From a virus (taxonomy: Duplodnaviria; Heunggongvirae; Uroviricota; Caudoviricetes): a stretch of 39,027 nucleotides of DNA. The translations under genes and the position numbers were made by a program. The DNA is taken from IMG/VR virus record IMGVR_UViG_2531839663_000007; one strand, given 5' to 3'. Below are positions 9,545 to 19,522 of the stretch, piece by piece. Within the stretch, counting starts at the first letter, position 1, and every line of letters begins with the position of its first letter. The notes beneath the pieces were generated by a model that was not told the origin of the DNA, searched no databases, and worked only from the letters and a program-made list of their open reading frames with translations.

Positions 9545-10222
9545 ATGAAAATTAATAATGTAGCGTTACCAATATCTCTTGCTGTAATCCTAACTGGTTG
9601 CGTGCCACATGCTTCTAACCGAAATATCACTGCTATTGAAGTGGTGAAGCCTGCTATTGGGCAAAGTGCTACCGCCTACATGGGCGATCCCATTATCACA
9701 TCTGCTACTGGATTTAAAACGGACGTACTAGAACTTGGTGCGGCTAATGGTGCATTGTCTTCTATCGCTGCTGGTACATATTGCAGTGAGGGGAATGGAA
9801 TTTACCGCAATTATCATAACCCTCAAGCTGTTGCGTTAAAAAATCTCTATGGGCAAATCGGTAACTATGTTGATTATGTTAGTTACGATGCTGCAAAAAA
9901 TGAGATATCACCGCCAAATGGTACTTCTTATACTGCATCAGAAATTTCTATCAAACGTGTTCCTGATGGGCTGTGTCGAGTTAGTAACTCATTGGTTAAG
10001 ACTATCGAATACAATGGAAATGCAGGCGGTGTAATGAAGTTCACCTATCGTGAATTTGCAAACGATATGGCTCGTGCAGCATTTACAACAGATTTTTCTG
10101 TAGATTCTAAGGGAAGTGACGTTATCGCTTACAAAGGTGCCAAGTTCAAAGTGAACAAGGCTGATAACTCGTCTATTTCTTATACAATTATTTCTGGCTT
10201 TGACAAGGCTGTCACGTTCTAG
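9545..10222 (+). CDS. Lipoprotein of unknown function (moron), 225 aa
   Basis: Signal peptide with lipobox LTGC (MKINNVALPISLAVILTGC); flanked by terminators; reduced GC. Confidence 0.7.
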   Translation: MKINNVALPISLAVILTGCVPHASNRNITAIEVVKPAIGQSATAYMGDPIITSATGFKTDVLELGAANGALSSIAAGTYCSEGNGIYRNYHNPQAVALKNLYGQIGNYVDYVSYDAAKNEISPPNGTSYTASEISIKRVPDGLCRVSNSLVKTIEYNGNAGGVMKFTYREFANDMARAAFTTDFSVDSKGSDVIAYKGAKFKVNKADNSSISYTIISGFDKAVTF

Positions 10223-10326
10223 GTTTCACGCTTGCTGAGTATGTTACGATTTTGCACATTCTGCATAAACGCGCATGTCTATGCTGCATGAGATCGCATG
10301 ATCGTTTGAGGATCTTTTGTGTTAAG

Positions 10327-10350
10327 GCCCGCCAGTTCTGGCGGGCTTTT
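10327..10350 (+). terminator. Rho-independent terminator
   Basis: Stem GCCCGCC/GGCGGGC with short loop followed by TTTT. Confidence 0.6.
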
Positions 10351-10493
10351 GCGTAGATCATGCAGGTGCATGAAAACCACTACATAAAGCGGGCAGGCGT
10401 GGCGGGGATACGAGCGCGCGCTAACTAAAAAGCTAGAGAATCTGTGAATTTTTCAATAGTATTATTCTTAGTTAACTAAAGGAGAATCTTATC

Positions 10494-11558
10494 ATGGCAG
10501 AAAACGGACCTCGTGAAGACTTGGCGAAGCTGGTGTCCCATAAACTATTGGAAAGATTTAAGTGGAAGCAACACGGTCCGACCGATCATGATTTTCCGTG
10601 TACTGAACAAGAATTACACAAGCCAGCGGAAAAAACGCAAGACCACACACATCCAGTTGATATTGTCTTTCATTATAAAGATCCTTACTTAAATAAAATT
10701 GTTTATCTAAATACTGATTTGAAAAGTTATTCAAAAGGGTCTTTAAATTCTAAAATGGTTGAAAATGCTTTAGATTCCTTAGCAAAAACTATTCATTGTG
10801 CGCAGAATAGTCAGGTATGGAAAAGTCGCTATGAGACAACCATGTCTAAAAGTGAAGTACGAGGGTTACTTTTTGTATATAATCATGATAATGACTATAA
10901 GCATAATTTCTATGACTATTTTTATCCTCCTAAACCCAAAAAAGGGAAAAGACCTGCGGCAGTTAATTTAGACAGAGTAAATGTATCTGAAAATCAGCAA
11001 ATACATATAATTGAGCCACGAACTATTAGTTATCTTATGTCTGTTGTTGCTGATATGAACGAAATGATTGCGGAAAATAAATTCCCGCGTGATGATTATG
11101 GGTTCTATTATCCTCAATTAATACTTCATAAGGTTGTGACTGCAGAAGAATATCTTCCAGCTACAGTGGAAACTCTAACATCCCCCTACATGATAATTAA
11201 ACATGGTCCAGTAATAGAATATAATAGAGCTAAAAAGGAGGACGAGCTGGTTTATCCTGAAGGGTTTATTGTTTATTACAACCGCTCCGGTAAAACAGAC
11301 TTAGAGTTTAATTATTTATTAGATACTCTAGCTAACTACCAGATATTAAACTCAAAAAATAATATTAGAATTAGAGTAGCATGTATTGATAAAAGTGAGC
11401 ACATACGGACTAATTTTATAAAAGCTATAGAAAAATTTTCATATCAGTGGGGATATGATGAATCTATGAAGGAAAAATTATTATCTATTGAGCTATATAT
11501 TGTGCCTCTATCTCGAGAGCAATATTTAACAGAAGAAAGATCATGGGATGTTAAATAA
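10494..11558 (+). CDS. Unrecognised protein, gene 1 of three-gene cargo operon, 354 aa
   Basis: AAAGGAGAA RBS 7 nt upstream; AT-rich; possible PD-(D/E)xK-like motif (PVDIVFHYKD...YLNTDLK) is inference only. Confidence 0.75.
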   Translation: MAENGPREDLAKLVSHKLLERFKWKQHGPTDHDFPCTEQELHKPAEKTQDHTHPVDIVFHYKDPYLNKIVYLNTDLKSYSKGSLNSKMVENALDSLAKTIHCAQNSQVWKSRYETTMSKSEVRGLLFVYNHDNDYKHNFYDYFYPPKPKKGKRPAAVNLDRVNVSENQQIHIIEPRTISYLMSVVADMNEMIAENKFPRDDYGFYYPQLILHKVVTAEEYLPATVETLTSPYMIIKHGPVIEYNRAKKEDELVYPEGFIVYYNRSGKTDLEFNYLLDTLANYQILNSKNNIRIRVACIDKSEHIRTNFIKAIEKFSYQWGYDESMKEKLLSIELYIVPLSREQYLTEERSWDVK

Positions 11559-12634
11559 TGAGTGAAATACACAGTGTTACAGACAAAGCTTTATACGAGG
11601 CTTTATGCCAATCACGTGTCACTGATAATGATATGGTGGAATTGTTTTTATCCCGTGGAATTTTGGTGTCAAAAAAAACTGAGCGTAAGCAACTAGCAAA
11701 AAATTTCTCAAAGCTCACTCATGATTATTATTTGCATCAGAAAATTTCTGGAATATTTGGAGGTTTTTTAAGGCGAGAGAAATCTACGGCTATAGTTATT
11801 AAGAATAATATTGATAAGCCACTACTTGTTAAGGCTGCTAATAAGCTTAAAGATCAGCTGGAAAGCGAAGATGATATATGTCATGTAATCAGTGATAAAG
11901 ATTTTATTAAAATTAGCATTACATACTTATCAACCAATTTTGGTAAAAGTGAATTTAACCAAGTAGAGAAGAAAACTGCTGTTTTTGAAATCGAGTCCCT
12001 TTCGGATGGTTTTTCAATTCGTAGGCCTGATAGTGAACAAGCTGAGATTTATAATAAAAAACTACTAAGTATTATCGAACAGGTTATACAAAAGGAAAAA
12101 GATATAGAAGCAACGACTTTAGATACAGAAGAAATCAACCTCGCGAACATCGATGACGCAGATAAAAGAACAGAATTTTTTAAGCGGCTCATCAATGGGT
12201 TGGATGGATATGTTTTAGATGATGTTACGGATGTTTATATCTACCATCCTAAACCTGCTGTCATGGAGGAGGAAGATGGGGATTCTGAAACAGGAATACA
12301 TATTAGCAAAGCATCTTTGAAAGGAGAGGGGGTGCTTAAATCTGAAGAGTTGAATTCTTTGTATGATAGAGGGTTTTATATTTGGAAAATAAGATGGAGA
12401 ATAAAGGATAAATCTACTACTCCAGATCTTTATGATTTTGAAGCTCAGTTTAGTGATCCTTTAGAGTTTAAGAGCTTTTCATATATTTCTAGAGGGGTGA
12501 GGAAATATAAAGGTGCCGGAGAATATAATAAAAATCCGAGCCAATTACCGGATGATGAAGAATATCATTTTAAAAGACTTATTGAAAAAACGGCGCGTTC
12601 AATTATAATGGATATTAATAAAGAGTATGAGTGA
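11558..12634 (+). CDS. Unrecognised acidic protein, gene 2 of three-gene cargo operon, 358 aa
   Basis: Start overlaps stop of gene 1 (TAATG); AT-rich; no Walker A or other motif recognised. Confidence 0.75.
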   Translation: MSEIHSVTDKALYEALCQSRVTDNDMVELFLSRGILVSKKTERKQLAKNFSKLTHDYYLHQKISGIFGGFLRREKSTAIVIKNNIDKPLLVKAANKLKDQLESEDDICHVISDKDFIKISITYLSTNFGKSEFNQVEKKTAVFEIESLSDGFSIRRPDSEQAEIYNKKLLSIIEQVIQKEKDIEATTLDTEEINLANIDDADKRTEFFKRLINGLDGYVLDDVTDVYIYHPKPAVMEEEDGDSETGIHISKASLKGEGVLKSEELNSLYDRGFYIWKIRWRIKDKSTTPDLYDFEAQFSDPLEFKSFSYISRGVRKYKGAGEYNKNPSQLPDDEEYHFKRLIEKTARSIIMDINKEYE

Positions 12635-12642
12635 GATAACAA

Positions 12643-13347
12643 ATGAAAACACTGGATAAAATTAAGTGGAGCAGAGTGAAGTTATCAATAACCTTCTCTG
12701 AACTAATTGATTATTTTAAACGTAATTCTTATGATGAAAGTAAAGGTTATGGTTATACTTTTGTGAATTTTACTGAACATGAAGTTTCCGCTTCTTATGT
12801 TGAAAAGTCATTGCGTACAGAAGTTATTGTATCGCCCGCGGGAGATGAGATAGAACAAGATTTTTTAGAGTATGAAACCATAAAATTTGCATTAAAGCCC
12901 GTATCTAAAAATCTCTCTTTATTGGCTATTTTTAATCCCCCTAAATCTATAAAGAAATTGACGGATAGACTTAGTGTAGATTTCAATTATAGGGTTGGAT
13001 TTGGTTCAATTACCTTAAATTTAAAGGAGTATATAAATTATCTAAGTTTACAGCATTCAATAAGTCTATTACATATTGATAAAATTAAAGTTAGCAATGT
13101 TGTGTTAAATGGGAACTCCAAGGCCTCGGTTGAGATAACTTCCACAAAAAATGCATTGTTAGAGCTAGAAAGTATTTTTACTAACAAAAAATATAATATA
13201 GATAAAGTTAGGTTGCATTGTTTGATTTACGGGGAACCTTCTTTTGTTGAGCTTTCAAAAAGCGCTTTTATTAATTCAGATTCTAATCATCTGGATTTTT
13301 ACTCCGACTTCCTCATTCAGCAATTATCTAATGATGAATTTCGTTAA
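12643..13347 (+). CDS. Unrecognised protein, gene 3 of three-gene cargo operon, 234 aa
   Basis: Starts 8 bp after gene 2; AT-rich; followed by hairpin. Confidence 0.75.
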   Translation: MKTLDKIKWSRVKLSITFSELIDYFKRNSYDESKGYGYTFVNFTEHEVSASYVEKSLRTEVIVSPAGDEIEQDFLEYETIKFALKPVSKNLSLLAIFNPPKSIKKLTDRLSVDFNYRVGFGSITLNLKEYINYLSLQHSISLLHIDKIKVSNVVLNGNSKASVEITSTKNALLELESIFTNKKYNIDKVRLHCLIYGEPSFVELSKSAFINSDSNHLDFYSDFLIQQLSNDEFR

Positions 13348-13348
13348 T

Positions 13349-13369
13349 AAAGGCGGGTATGCCCGCCTT
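13349..13369. terminator. GC hairpin AAGGCGGG-TATG-CCCGCCTT between convergent cargo operon and portal gene
   Basis: Inverted repeat read directly; T-run weak on + strand, partial on - strand. Confidence 0.4.
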
Positions 13370-13453
13370 GCTGGCGATATGTTGAGCTACGCTCAATTGA
13401 CTTTTCTATTTATATGGTTATTAATTGATTTGTTTATAATATCTGAATTTTTA

Positions 13454-14494
13454 TTAAGTTGCCTTTTCAAGCTTGTAAGGGATAAAACGTATAATCTCGT
13501 GGCCGAGCCAGCAGTTAAGCTCCATTATTAGCTTCTGTAGTGGCAATAATTCATTCCTTACAAATACATTACTTGCCTTCTCCACATCCCCAAACCCCCC
13601 AACATTATTCGGCATAATCCCCATCATTTGCGGCGGCACACGATGCGCCGCCATCATGTCGTCCCGGCTTACGTTCTTGATGTTCAGAAACTCATCCTTT
13701 GCCGCCACTTCTGACAGCGGGATGATCTGAAGCCCGTCCTTTTTGCCGTTAGGCGAGTACATAAACAGGTTGCGGAAGTTGCCCGGACCTTTGGCGCTTT
13801 TCATCGCGTTGCGGAGGTTGTTCACATCCTCCTGGTTCTGAGCGGCATCGGTCATGTACATTATGAATCCTGCATGGCTGCCATTAATATAATATTTGCG
13901 TCGGAACAGCGTGGCGGACTCGTTGAGCAGGGCTGACGGAATGGCAGAAAGATAGCCGGGCAGGCCGTAGATCTCCTGGTTGATATCGGGTTCCATCAGA
14001 TGAAAGATGCTGCCTTTCGTGAACTGATACGGCTGGGTTGTCATACCGTATTGCACAAACCAGTAGGTATCCAGGTCTAACCCGCGTCGGGTGTATTTTG
14101 CCAGAGCAGGCTCAAGGGCGATAACTTCACCGAAGCGGTTCGTGCGTTTCTCCAGGTAGGCGTTACCAAATACCAGATAGTCCTGCACAAAACGTGAAAA
14201 AGCCTGCTGGCTAAGCAGCGGGTGAGGGATGTAGGTGCTGGTTAGAATGTTGCATTTCACTGCAATGGGTGAGCTGTGATGCACGGCGGCGCGGAAGGTT
14301 CGCGCCAGTCCGTCAAAGCTGACGGGCGGCTCATACCAACGGTCCATCTGTACGCATTCCACATAGTCCAGTAATTCTCGGCGGTCCAGTACTGGAATGG
14401 GATCGCCGAAGCTGAATGCTTCGGCTGAAGTCTGGCTTTTATGCTGGGTCTGGTTCTGCGACGCAGCGCGGTTCTTCTTACTCTTTCCCATCAA
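13454..14494 (-). CDS. Q: Portal protein (P2 gpQ-like), 346 aa
   Basis: Size and position; ATGA overlap with terminase large subunit. Confidence 0.85.
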   Translation of the reverse strand: MMGKSKKNRAASQNQTQHKSQTSAEAFSFGDPIPVLDRRELLDYVECVQMDRWYEPPVSFDGLARTFRAAVHHSSPIAVKCNILTSTYIPHPLLSQQAFSRFVQDYLVFGNAYLEKRTNRFGEVIALEPALAKYTRRGLDLDTYWFVQYGMTTQPYQFTKGSIFHLMEPDINQEIYGLPGYLSAIPSALLNESATLFRRKYYINGSHAGFIMYMTDAAQNQEDVNNLRNAMKSAKGPGNFRNLFMYSPNGKKDGLQIIPLSEVAAKDEFLNIKNVSRDDMMAAHRVPPQMMGIMPNNVGGFGDVEKASNVFVRNELLPLQKLIMELNCWLGHEIIRFIPYKLEKAT

Positions 14495-16257
14495 AAAATC
14501 TCCACAATATTGCTGGTATTGGCGGACTCGCCCTGCAGCGGTTCGTTAAACAGTGCGTGCATTGTTGCCCAGGCCAGATCGGCGTGGCTGGCTTCTTCGC
14601 TGCGGCTGGCTTCATAGGTCGGGCGGTTGCCACTGGCGGTGGTGGCGCGACGGATTGCCATAAATGACTGCGCTATGTCGGTGTGTCCGGCGTCAAACTC
14701 CAGACGGCGGTGGCTGATAATGTCGTAGGCCTTGAGTACCAGAGCGTTTTTAACGTTGGGGTTGTAGACAAACTCCCGGACGGCAGGAAAGAACGCTTTC
14801 ACGTTCTCATAAACCCCGTGACCGACGCCTGTCGAGTCAATGCCGATATAGGTCACGTTGTACTGCTCGGTCAGTTTTTTGATTGCATCAGCCTGGGCGC
14901 GGAAGTCCATCCCGCGCCACTGGTGACGCTCAAGAATGCGAAACTTACCGCCTGGCACGGCTGGCGGTGCCACCACCACGCATCCGGCGCTGTCGCCGTT
15001 CTGCGTACCTTTTGCCGGGTCATAACCGATCCACACCTCGCGCCAGCCAAACGGGCGCAGGGCCAGTGCATGAAAGTCGGTCCAGACTTCCCAACTGTCC
15101 ACCATGCACGCCTGCAGTTCGCTGAGCGGGAACACGGACGCGAGATCGTCCACGAACTCGCACATCAGCAGGTTCTGGTATTCGTCCGGGCTGTACTCCA
15201 TGCGTAGCTGGTCGAGGTCGAACAGGTTACAGCCGCCGCGCACCGCATCTTCCACGGTGACTATCTGGCGGTATTGCCCGTCTGCGCACAGCAAGCCGGG
15301 GGCCAGATTGTTGTGGGACAGGTCGATGTCCACCTTATCGGCTTTGTTGCGCCCACGGTTAAACAGCGCACCGGACCAGAACGGATAAGCACTGTGTGTC
15401 AGGCTGGATGGCGTGGAAAAATAGGTTTGTCGCCATTTTTTGTGAATAGCCATACCGGAAGCCACTTTGCGCAGCTCCTGGAATTTCGGTATCCAGAAAT
15501 ATTCATCCAGATACAGGTTGCCGTGGTAACTCTGGGCCGTGCGGGCATTGGTGCCGAGGAAGTAAAGCGTGGCCCCGTTGGGAAGCACCATCGGATCGCC
15601 TTTCAGCTCCACCTCCACTTCTTTGGCGAAGTCGATGATGTACTGTTTAAAGACGTGGGCCTGTGCCTTACTGGCGGAAAGGAAAATCTGGTTACGTCCG
15701 GTAAGCAGGGCGTCAATCAGGGCTTCACGGGCAAAGTAAAAGGTCGCGCCGATCTGGCGTGACTTCAGCAGGTTGCGGATGCGGTTGGTTTTTCCGGCTT
15801 CCCACCAGTGGCGCTGGTAGTTGAACATGGAGGAATGGAAAATTTCTTCCAGCTTCTCAATCTGTTCATCGGTGAAAACGTTCTTTTCCGGCTGACGGCG
15901 TGGGCCTTTGTTGCGGTTGGCGACGTTAGGGTTTAAGTCGGCTTCGTTGCCGCCATTGTTAAACTTGCCGATCCGCGCGTGGCGTTCCGACTGGCGCGCC
16001 AGCAGGTCAATCTCTTTGAAATCTTTCCCTTCTTTGTGCTCCTTCATAATGAGCTGGCAGTAGCGTGCGGCGGTGGTGAGCTGCATCTGATCCAGCGGCC
16101 CATAGTCACCCCACTTGTCGCGTTTTTTCCAGCTGTGAACGGTTGCAACTTTCTCGCCCAGCATTTCAGCAATGCGGGCTACGCGGTATCCCTGAAAGTA
16201 CAGCAGCATGGCCTGCCGACGGGGATCGAGATCTGCGGGTGTCAGTGTGGTGTTCAT
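14491..16257 (-). CDS. P: Terminase large (ATPase) subunit (P2 gpP-like), 588 aa
   Basis: Size and position, divergent from scaffold gene. Confidence 0.85.
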   Translation of the reverse strand: MNTTLTPADLDPRRQAMLLYFQGYRVARIAEMLGEKVATVHSWKKRDKWGDYGPLDQMQLTTAARYCQLIMKEHKEGKDFKEIDLLARQSERHARIGKFNNGGNEADLNPNVANRNKGPRRQPEKNVFTDEQIEKLEEIFHSSMFNYQRHWWEAGKTNRIRNLLKSRQIGATFYFAREALIDALLTGRNQIFLSASKAQAHVFKQYIIDFAKEVEVELKGDPMVLPNGATLYFLGTNARTAQSYHGNLYLDEYFWIPKFQELRKVASGMAIHKKWRQTYFSTPSSLTHSAYPFWSGALFNRGRNKADKVDIDLSHNNLAPGLLCADGQYRQIVTVEDAVRGGCNLFDLDQLRMEYSPDEYQNLLMCEFVDDLASVFPLSELQACMVDSWEVWTDFHALALRPFGWREVWIGYDPAKGTQNGDSAGCVVVAPPAVPGGKFRILERHQWRGMDFRAQADAIKKLTEQYNVTYIGIDSTGVGHGVYENVKAFFPAVREFVYNPNVKNALVLKAYDIISHRRLEFDAGHTDIAQSFMAIRRATTASGNRPTYEASRSEEASHADLAWATMHALFNEPLQGESANTSNIVEIF

Positions 16258-16303
16258 GGCACAAACCTACAGCCTTGAATGAAGGCTTTCCCCGCCTGCG
16301 GTT

Positions 16304-16321
16304 TGTGTGGTTGTCGGTACA
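16304..16321. promoter_or_regulatory. TGT-N12-ACA element (candidate Ogr/B-type late activator site) in the P/O divergent promoter region
   Basis: TGTGTGGTTGTCGGTACA centred about 55 bp upstream of the P start codon. Confidence 0.4.
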
Positions 16322-16399
16322 AATACCGCGCATTGTTTCACTGCCCCCATCACCGCAACCATAAGGCTCCAGTAAGTTTTTTCTAACGGAGCACGGCTC

Positions 16400-17233
16400 A
16401 TGACAGTGAAAGCAAAGCGTTTTCGCATCGGGGTGGAAGGTGCCACCACCGACGGACGCGAAATCCAGCGTGAATGGCTGGAACAGATGGCAGCCAGCTA
16501 CAACCCGGCGGTGTATACCGCGCTGATTAACCTTGAGCACATCAAGTCTTATCTGCCGGACAGCACCTTTAACCGCTACGGCAAGGTGACGGCGCTGTTT
16601 GCTGAAGAAATCACGGAAGGTCCGCTGGCAGGCAAGATGGCGCTGTATGCCGACGTTGAGCCAACGGAGTCCCTGGTGGAACTGGTGAAAAAAGGCCAGA
16701 AATTATTCACCTCTATGGAAGTCAGCCCGAAGTTCGCTGATACGGGTAAAGCCTACCTGGTCGGCCTGGCTGCCACTGATGATCCCGCCAGTCTGGGTAC
16801 GGAAATGCTGACATTCAGCGCCAGTGCAGCCCATAACCCGCTGGCAAACCGCAAGCAGAATCCCGCCAATCTTTTTACCGCTGCAGAGGAAACGGTGATC
16901 GAACTGGAAGAAATCCAGGAGGACAAGCCGTCCCTGTTTGCCCGTGTCACGGCGCTGTTTACCAAAAAAGAGCAGTCCGATGACGCCCGGTTCTCTGATG
17001 TGCATAAGGCCGTGGAGCTGGTCGCCACTGAGCAGCAGAACCTGAGCGCACGCACCGAAAAATCCCTGTCTGAGCAGGAAGAACGCCTGTCTGAGCTGGA
17101 GACTGCTCTGCAGGAGCAGCAAACCGCCTTTAACGAACTGGTGAATAAGCTGAGTCATGAAGACAGCCGCCAGGACTACCGCCAGCGTGCAACAGGCGGT
17201 AACGCCCCCGCTGACACTCTGACCAATTGCTGA
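16400..17233 (+). CDS. O: Capsid scaffolding protein (P2 gpO-like), 277 aa
   Basis: Position and size; acidic coiled-coil C-terminal region. Confidence 0.85.
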   Translation: MTVKAKRFRIGVEGATTDGREIQREWLEQMAASYNPAVYTALINLEHIKSYLPDSTFNRYGKVTALFAEEITEGPLAGKMALYADVEPTESLVELVKKGQKLFTSMEVSPKFADTGKAYLVGLAATDDPASLGTEMLTFSASAAHNPLANRKQNPANLFTAAEETVIELEEIQEDKPSLFARVTALFTKKEQSDDARFSDVHKAVELVATEQQNLSARTEKSLSEQEERLSELETALQEQQTAFNELVNKLSHEDSRQDYRQRATGGNAPADTLTNC

Positions 17234-17249
17234 TGGAGCACAAAACCTG

Positions 17250-18308
17250 ATGAAGAAGAATACCCGCTTTGCTTTTAACGCTTACCTGCAGCAACTGGCA
17301 CGTCTGAACGGTGTGGCAGTTGAAGAACTGTCCAGCAAGTTCACTGTAGAGCCGTCTGTGCAGCAGACGCTGGAAGACCAGATCCAGCAGTCCGCCGCTT
17401 TCCTGACGCTGATTAACGTCACGCCAGTGACTGAGCAGTCCGGTCAGCTGCTGGGGCTGGGTGTTGGCAGCACCATTGCCGGAACCACTGACACCACCGC
17501 GAAAGAGCGTGAACCTGTCGATCCGACGCTGATGGTCGATGTGGAATACAAATGCGAACAGACCAACTTTGACACGGTGCTGACCTACGCGAAGCTGGAC
17601 CTGTGGGCGAAGTTTCAGGATTTCCAGGTGCGTATCCGTAACGCCATCGTGAAACGTCAGGCACTGGACCGCATCATGATTGGCTTTAACGGAGTGAAGC
17701 GTGCGAAAACCTCTAACCGTAGCGAAAACCCGCTGCTGCAGGATGTGAACAAAGGCTGGCTGCAGAAAATCCGTGAGGATGCACCGGATCACGTCATGGG
17801 CAGCACCACCACGGGCGGTGAAACCACACCGGGTGCGGTGAAAGTCGGGAAAGGTGGCGAATATGCCAACCTGGACGCTGTGGTGATGGATGCGGTCAAT
17901 GAGCTTATCGACGTGGTCTACCAGGACGATGACGATCTGGTGGTGATTTGTGGTCGTGAGCTGCTGTCTGACAAGTATTTCCCGCTGGTCAACAAAGAGC
18001 AGGAAAACAGTGAAAAACTGGCTGCCGATATGATCATCAGTCAGAAACGCATGGGTGGCCTGCAGGCCGTGCGTGCGCCGTTCTTCCCGCCGAATGCGCT
18101 GCTGATCACCCGTCTGGATAACCTGTCCATTTACTGGCAGGAGGACACCCGCCGCCGTTCGGTTATCGACAACCCGAAACGTGACCGGATTGAAAACTTT
18201 GAATCCGTTAACGAAGCCTATGTGGTTGAGGACTACCGCTGCGCCGCACTTGTGGAAAACATCCAGATTGGCGACTTCAGCGCCGCCGCAGCAGAAGCCG
18301 GAGCGTAA
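17250..18308 (+). CDS. N: Major capsid protein (P2 gpN-like), 352 aa
   Basis: Position and size. Confidence 0.85.
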   Translation: MKKNTRFAFNAYLQQLARLNGVAVEELSSKFTVEPSVQQTLEDQIQQSAAFLTLINVTPVTEQSGQLLGLGVGSTIAGTTDTTAKEREPVDPTLMVDVEYKCEQTNFDTVLTYAKLDLWAKFQDFQVRIRNAIVKRQALDRIMIGFNGVKRAKTSNRSENPLLQDVNKGWLQKIREDAPDHVMGSTTTGGETTPGAVKVGKGGEYANLDAVVMDAVNELIDVVYQDDDDLVVICGRELLSDKYFPLVNKEQENSEKLAADMIISQKRMGGLQAVRAPFFPPNALLITRLDNLSIYWQEDTRRRSVIDNPKRDRIENFESVNEAYVVEDYRCAALVENIQIGDFSAAAAEAGA

Positions 18309-18311
18309 TTC

Positions 18312-18962
18312 ATGAGCCTGAGTCCCGCACGGCAGCATCGCCTGCGCGTTCAGGCTGAACATGCCGCCCGTGAGGGCGGCAGTGTTCGCCACGCGTCGGG
18401 CTATGACCTGATGCTGCTGCAACTGGCGGAAGACCGCCGTCGTCTCAAGGGCGTTCAGTCCACGGTCAAAAAAGCGGAAATCAAAGTGGAGCTGCTGCCG
18501 AAGTACGCCGCCTGGGCGGAGGGTGTCCTGTCTGCCGGAGGCGCTCAACAGGATGACGTGCTGATGTACGTGATGCTGTGGCGCATTGATGCCGGAGATT
18601 ATGCCGGGGCGCTGGAGATCGGGCGTCATGCCCTGCGTCATGGCTGGGTGATGCCGCTGGGTAACCGCAACGTGCAGACCGTGCTGGCAGAGGAAATGGC
18701 AGACGCCGCACAGAGCGCAATGCTTGCCGTCACCGGCTTTGATGCTGATCTGTTGCTGCAGACGCTGGAGCTGACAGACGGTCTGGATATGCCGGACCAG
18801 TCACGGGCACGTCTGCATAAAGCGATTGGCGCTGTCCTGAGTGAAAGCAACCCGGCTTCCGCCCTTAATCATCTCAACCATGCGTTACAGCTCGATCCTC
18901 GCTGTGGCGTGAAAAAAGACAAACAGCAGCTGGAGCGCAGACTGCGCAATGACAGCCGCTGA
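18312..18962 (+). CDS. M: Terminase small/endonuclease subunit (P2 gpM-like), 216 aa
   Basis: Position and size. Confidence 0.8.
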   Translation: MSLSPARQHRLRVQAEHAAREGGSVRHASGYDLMLLQLAEDRRRLKGVQSTVKKAEIKVELLPKYAAWAEGVLSAGGAQQDDVLMYVMLWRIDAGDYAGALEIGRHALRHGWVMPLGNRNVQTVLAEEMADAAQSAMLAVTGFDADLLLQTLELTDGLDMPDQSRARLHKAIGAVLSESNPASALNHLNHALQLDPRCGVKKDKQQLERRLRNDSR

Positions 18963-19057
18963 CAGAACGTGCCCCCGCGCACGGGCGGCACGGGGTGGCG
19001 AAAGGCACTGCCACATCAAAACCCCGTCCACCGCCCTCTATTTCAGGAGAAAGCAGC

Positions 19058-19522
19058 ATGAAGTTTGTTGCGCCAGAACAGGCACCGGAACAGGCGGAAA
19101 TCATCAGGAATACGCCGTTCTGGCCTGATGTGGACCTGTCGGAGTTTCGCAGCGTGATGCGCACTGACGGCACGGTGACGCAGCCGCGTTTAAAGCAGGT
19201 TGCGCTGTCGGCAATTTCGGAGGTCAACGCAGAGCTGTATGAGTTTCGCAGACGCCAGCAGATGCTGGGGTATGCCTCGCTGGCAGAAGTTCCGGCGGAA
19301 CAGCTGGACGGCAAAAGTGAGCGCATTCAGCACTATTTCAACGCGGTTTACTGCTGGGCACGCGCCATGCTCAACGAACGATACCAGGACTATGACGCCA
19401 CGGCGTCCGGTGTGAAGCGGGGCGAGGAACTGGCGGAAGCAAGCGGTGATTTGTGGCGTGACGCCCGCTGGGCCATCAGCCGGGTGCAGGATGCGCCGCA
19501 CTGCACAGTGGAGCTTATCTGA
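19058..19522 (+). CDS. L: Head completion/stabilisation protein (P2 gpL-like), 154 aa
   Basis: AGGAG RBS, internal ATG of track ORF; position. Confidence 0.75.
   Translation: MKFVAPEQAPEQAEIIRNTPFWPDVDLSEFRSVMRTDGTVTQPRLKQVALSAISEVNAELYEFRRRQQMLGYASLAEVPAEQLDGKSERIQHYFNAVYCWARAMLNERYQDYDATASGVKRGEELAEASGDLWRDARWAISRVQDAPHCTVELI

Noticed and set aside
13348-13453. Expected cos site between the cargo operon and the portal gene
   Set aside because: Interval is AT-rich with one GC hairpin; I could not recognise a P2/186-type cohesive-end sequence by eye, so no cos feature is called.
13244-13531. 95-aa plus-strand ORF bridging the end of the cargo operon and the portal gene 3' end
   Set aside because: Overlaps gene 3 of the operon in another frame and runs through the terminator hairpin and antisense into gpQ; hydrophobic low-complexity translation of AT-rich DNA.
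14683-15762. Several 80-175-aa plus-strand ORFs inside the terminase large subunit gene
   Set aside because: Antisense to gpP; compositional artefacts of GC-rich DNA.
17130-18641. 503-aa minus-strand ORF spanning the major capsid and terminase small subunit genes
   Set aside because: Antisense to two strongly supported structural genes; low-complexity composition; no RBS context.
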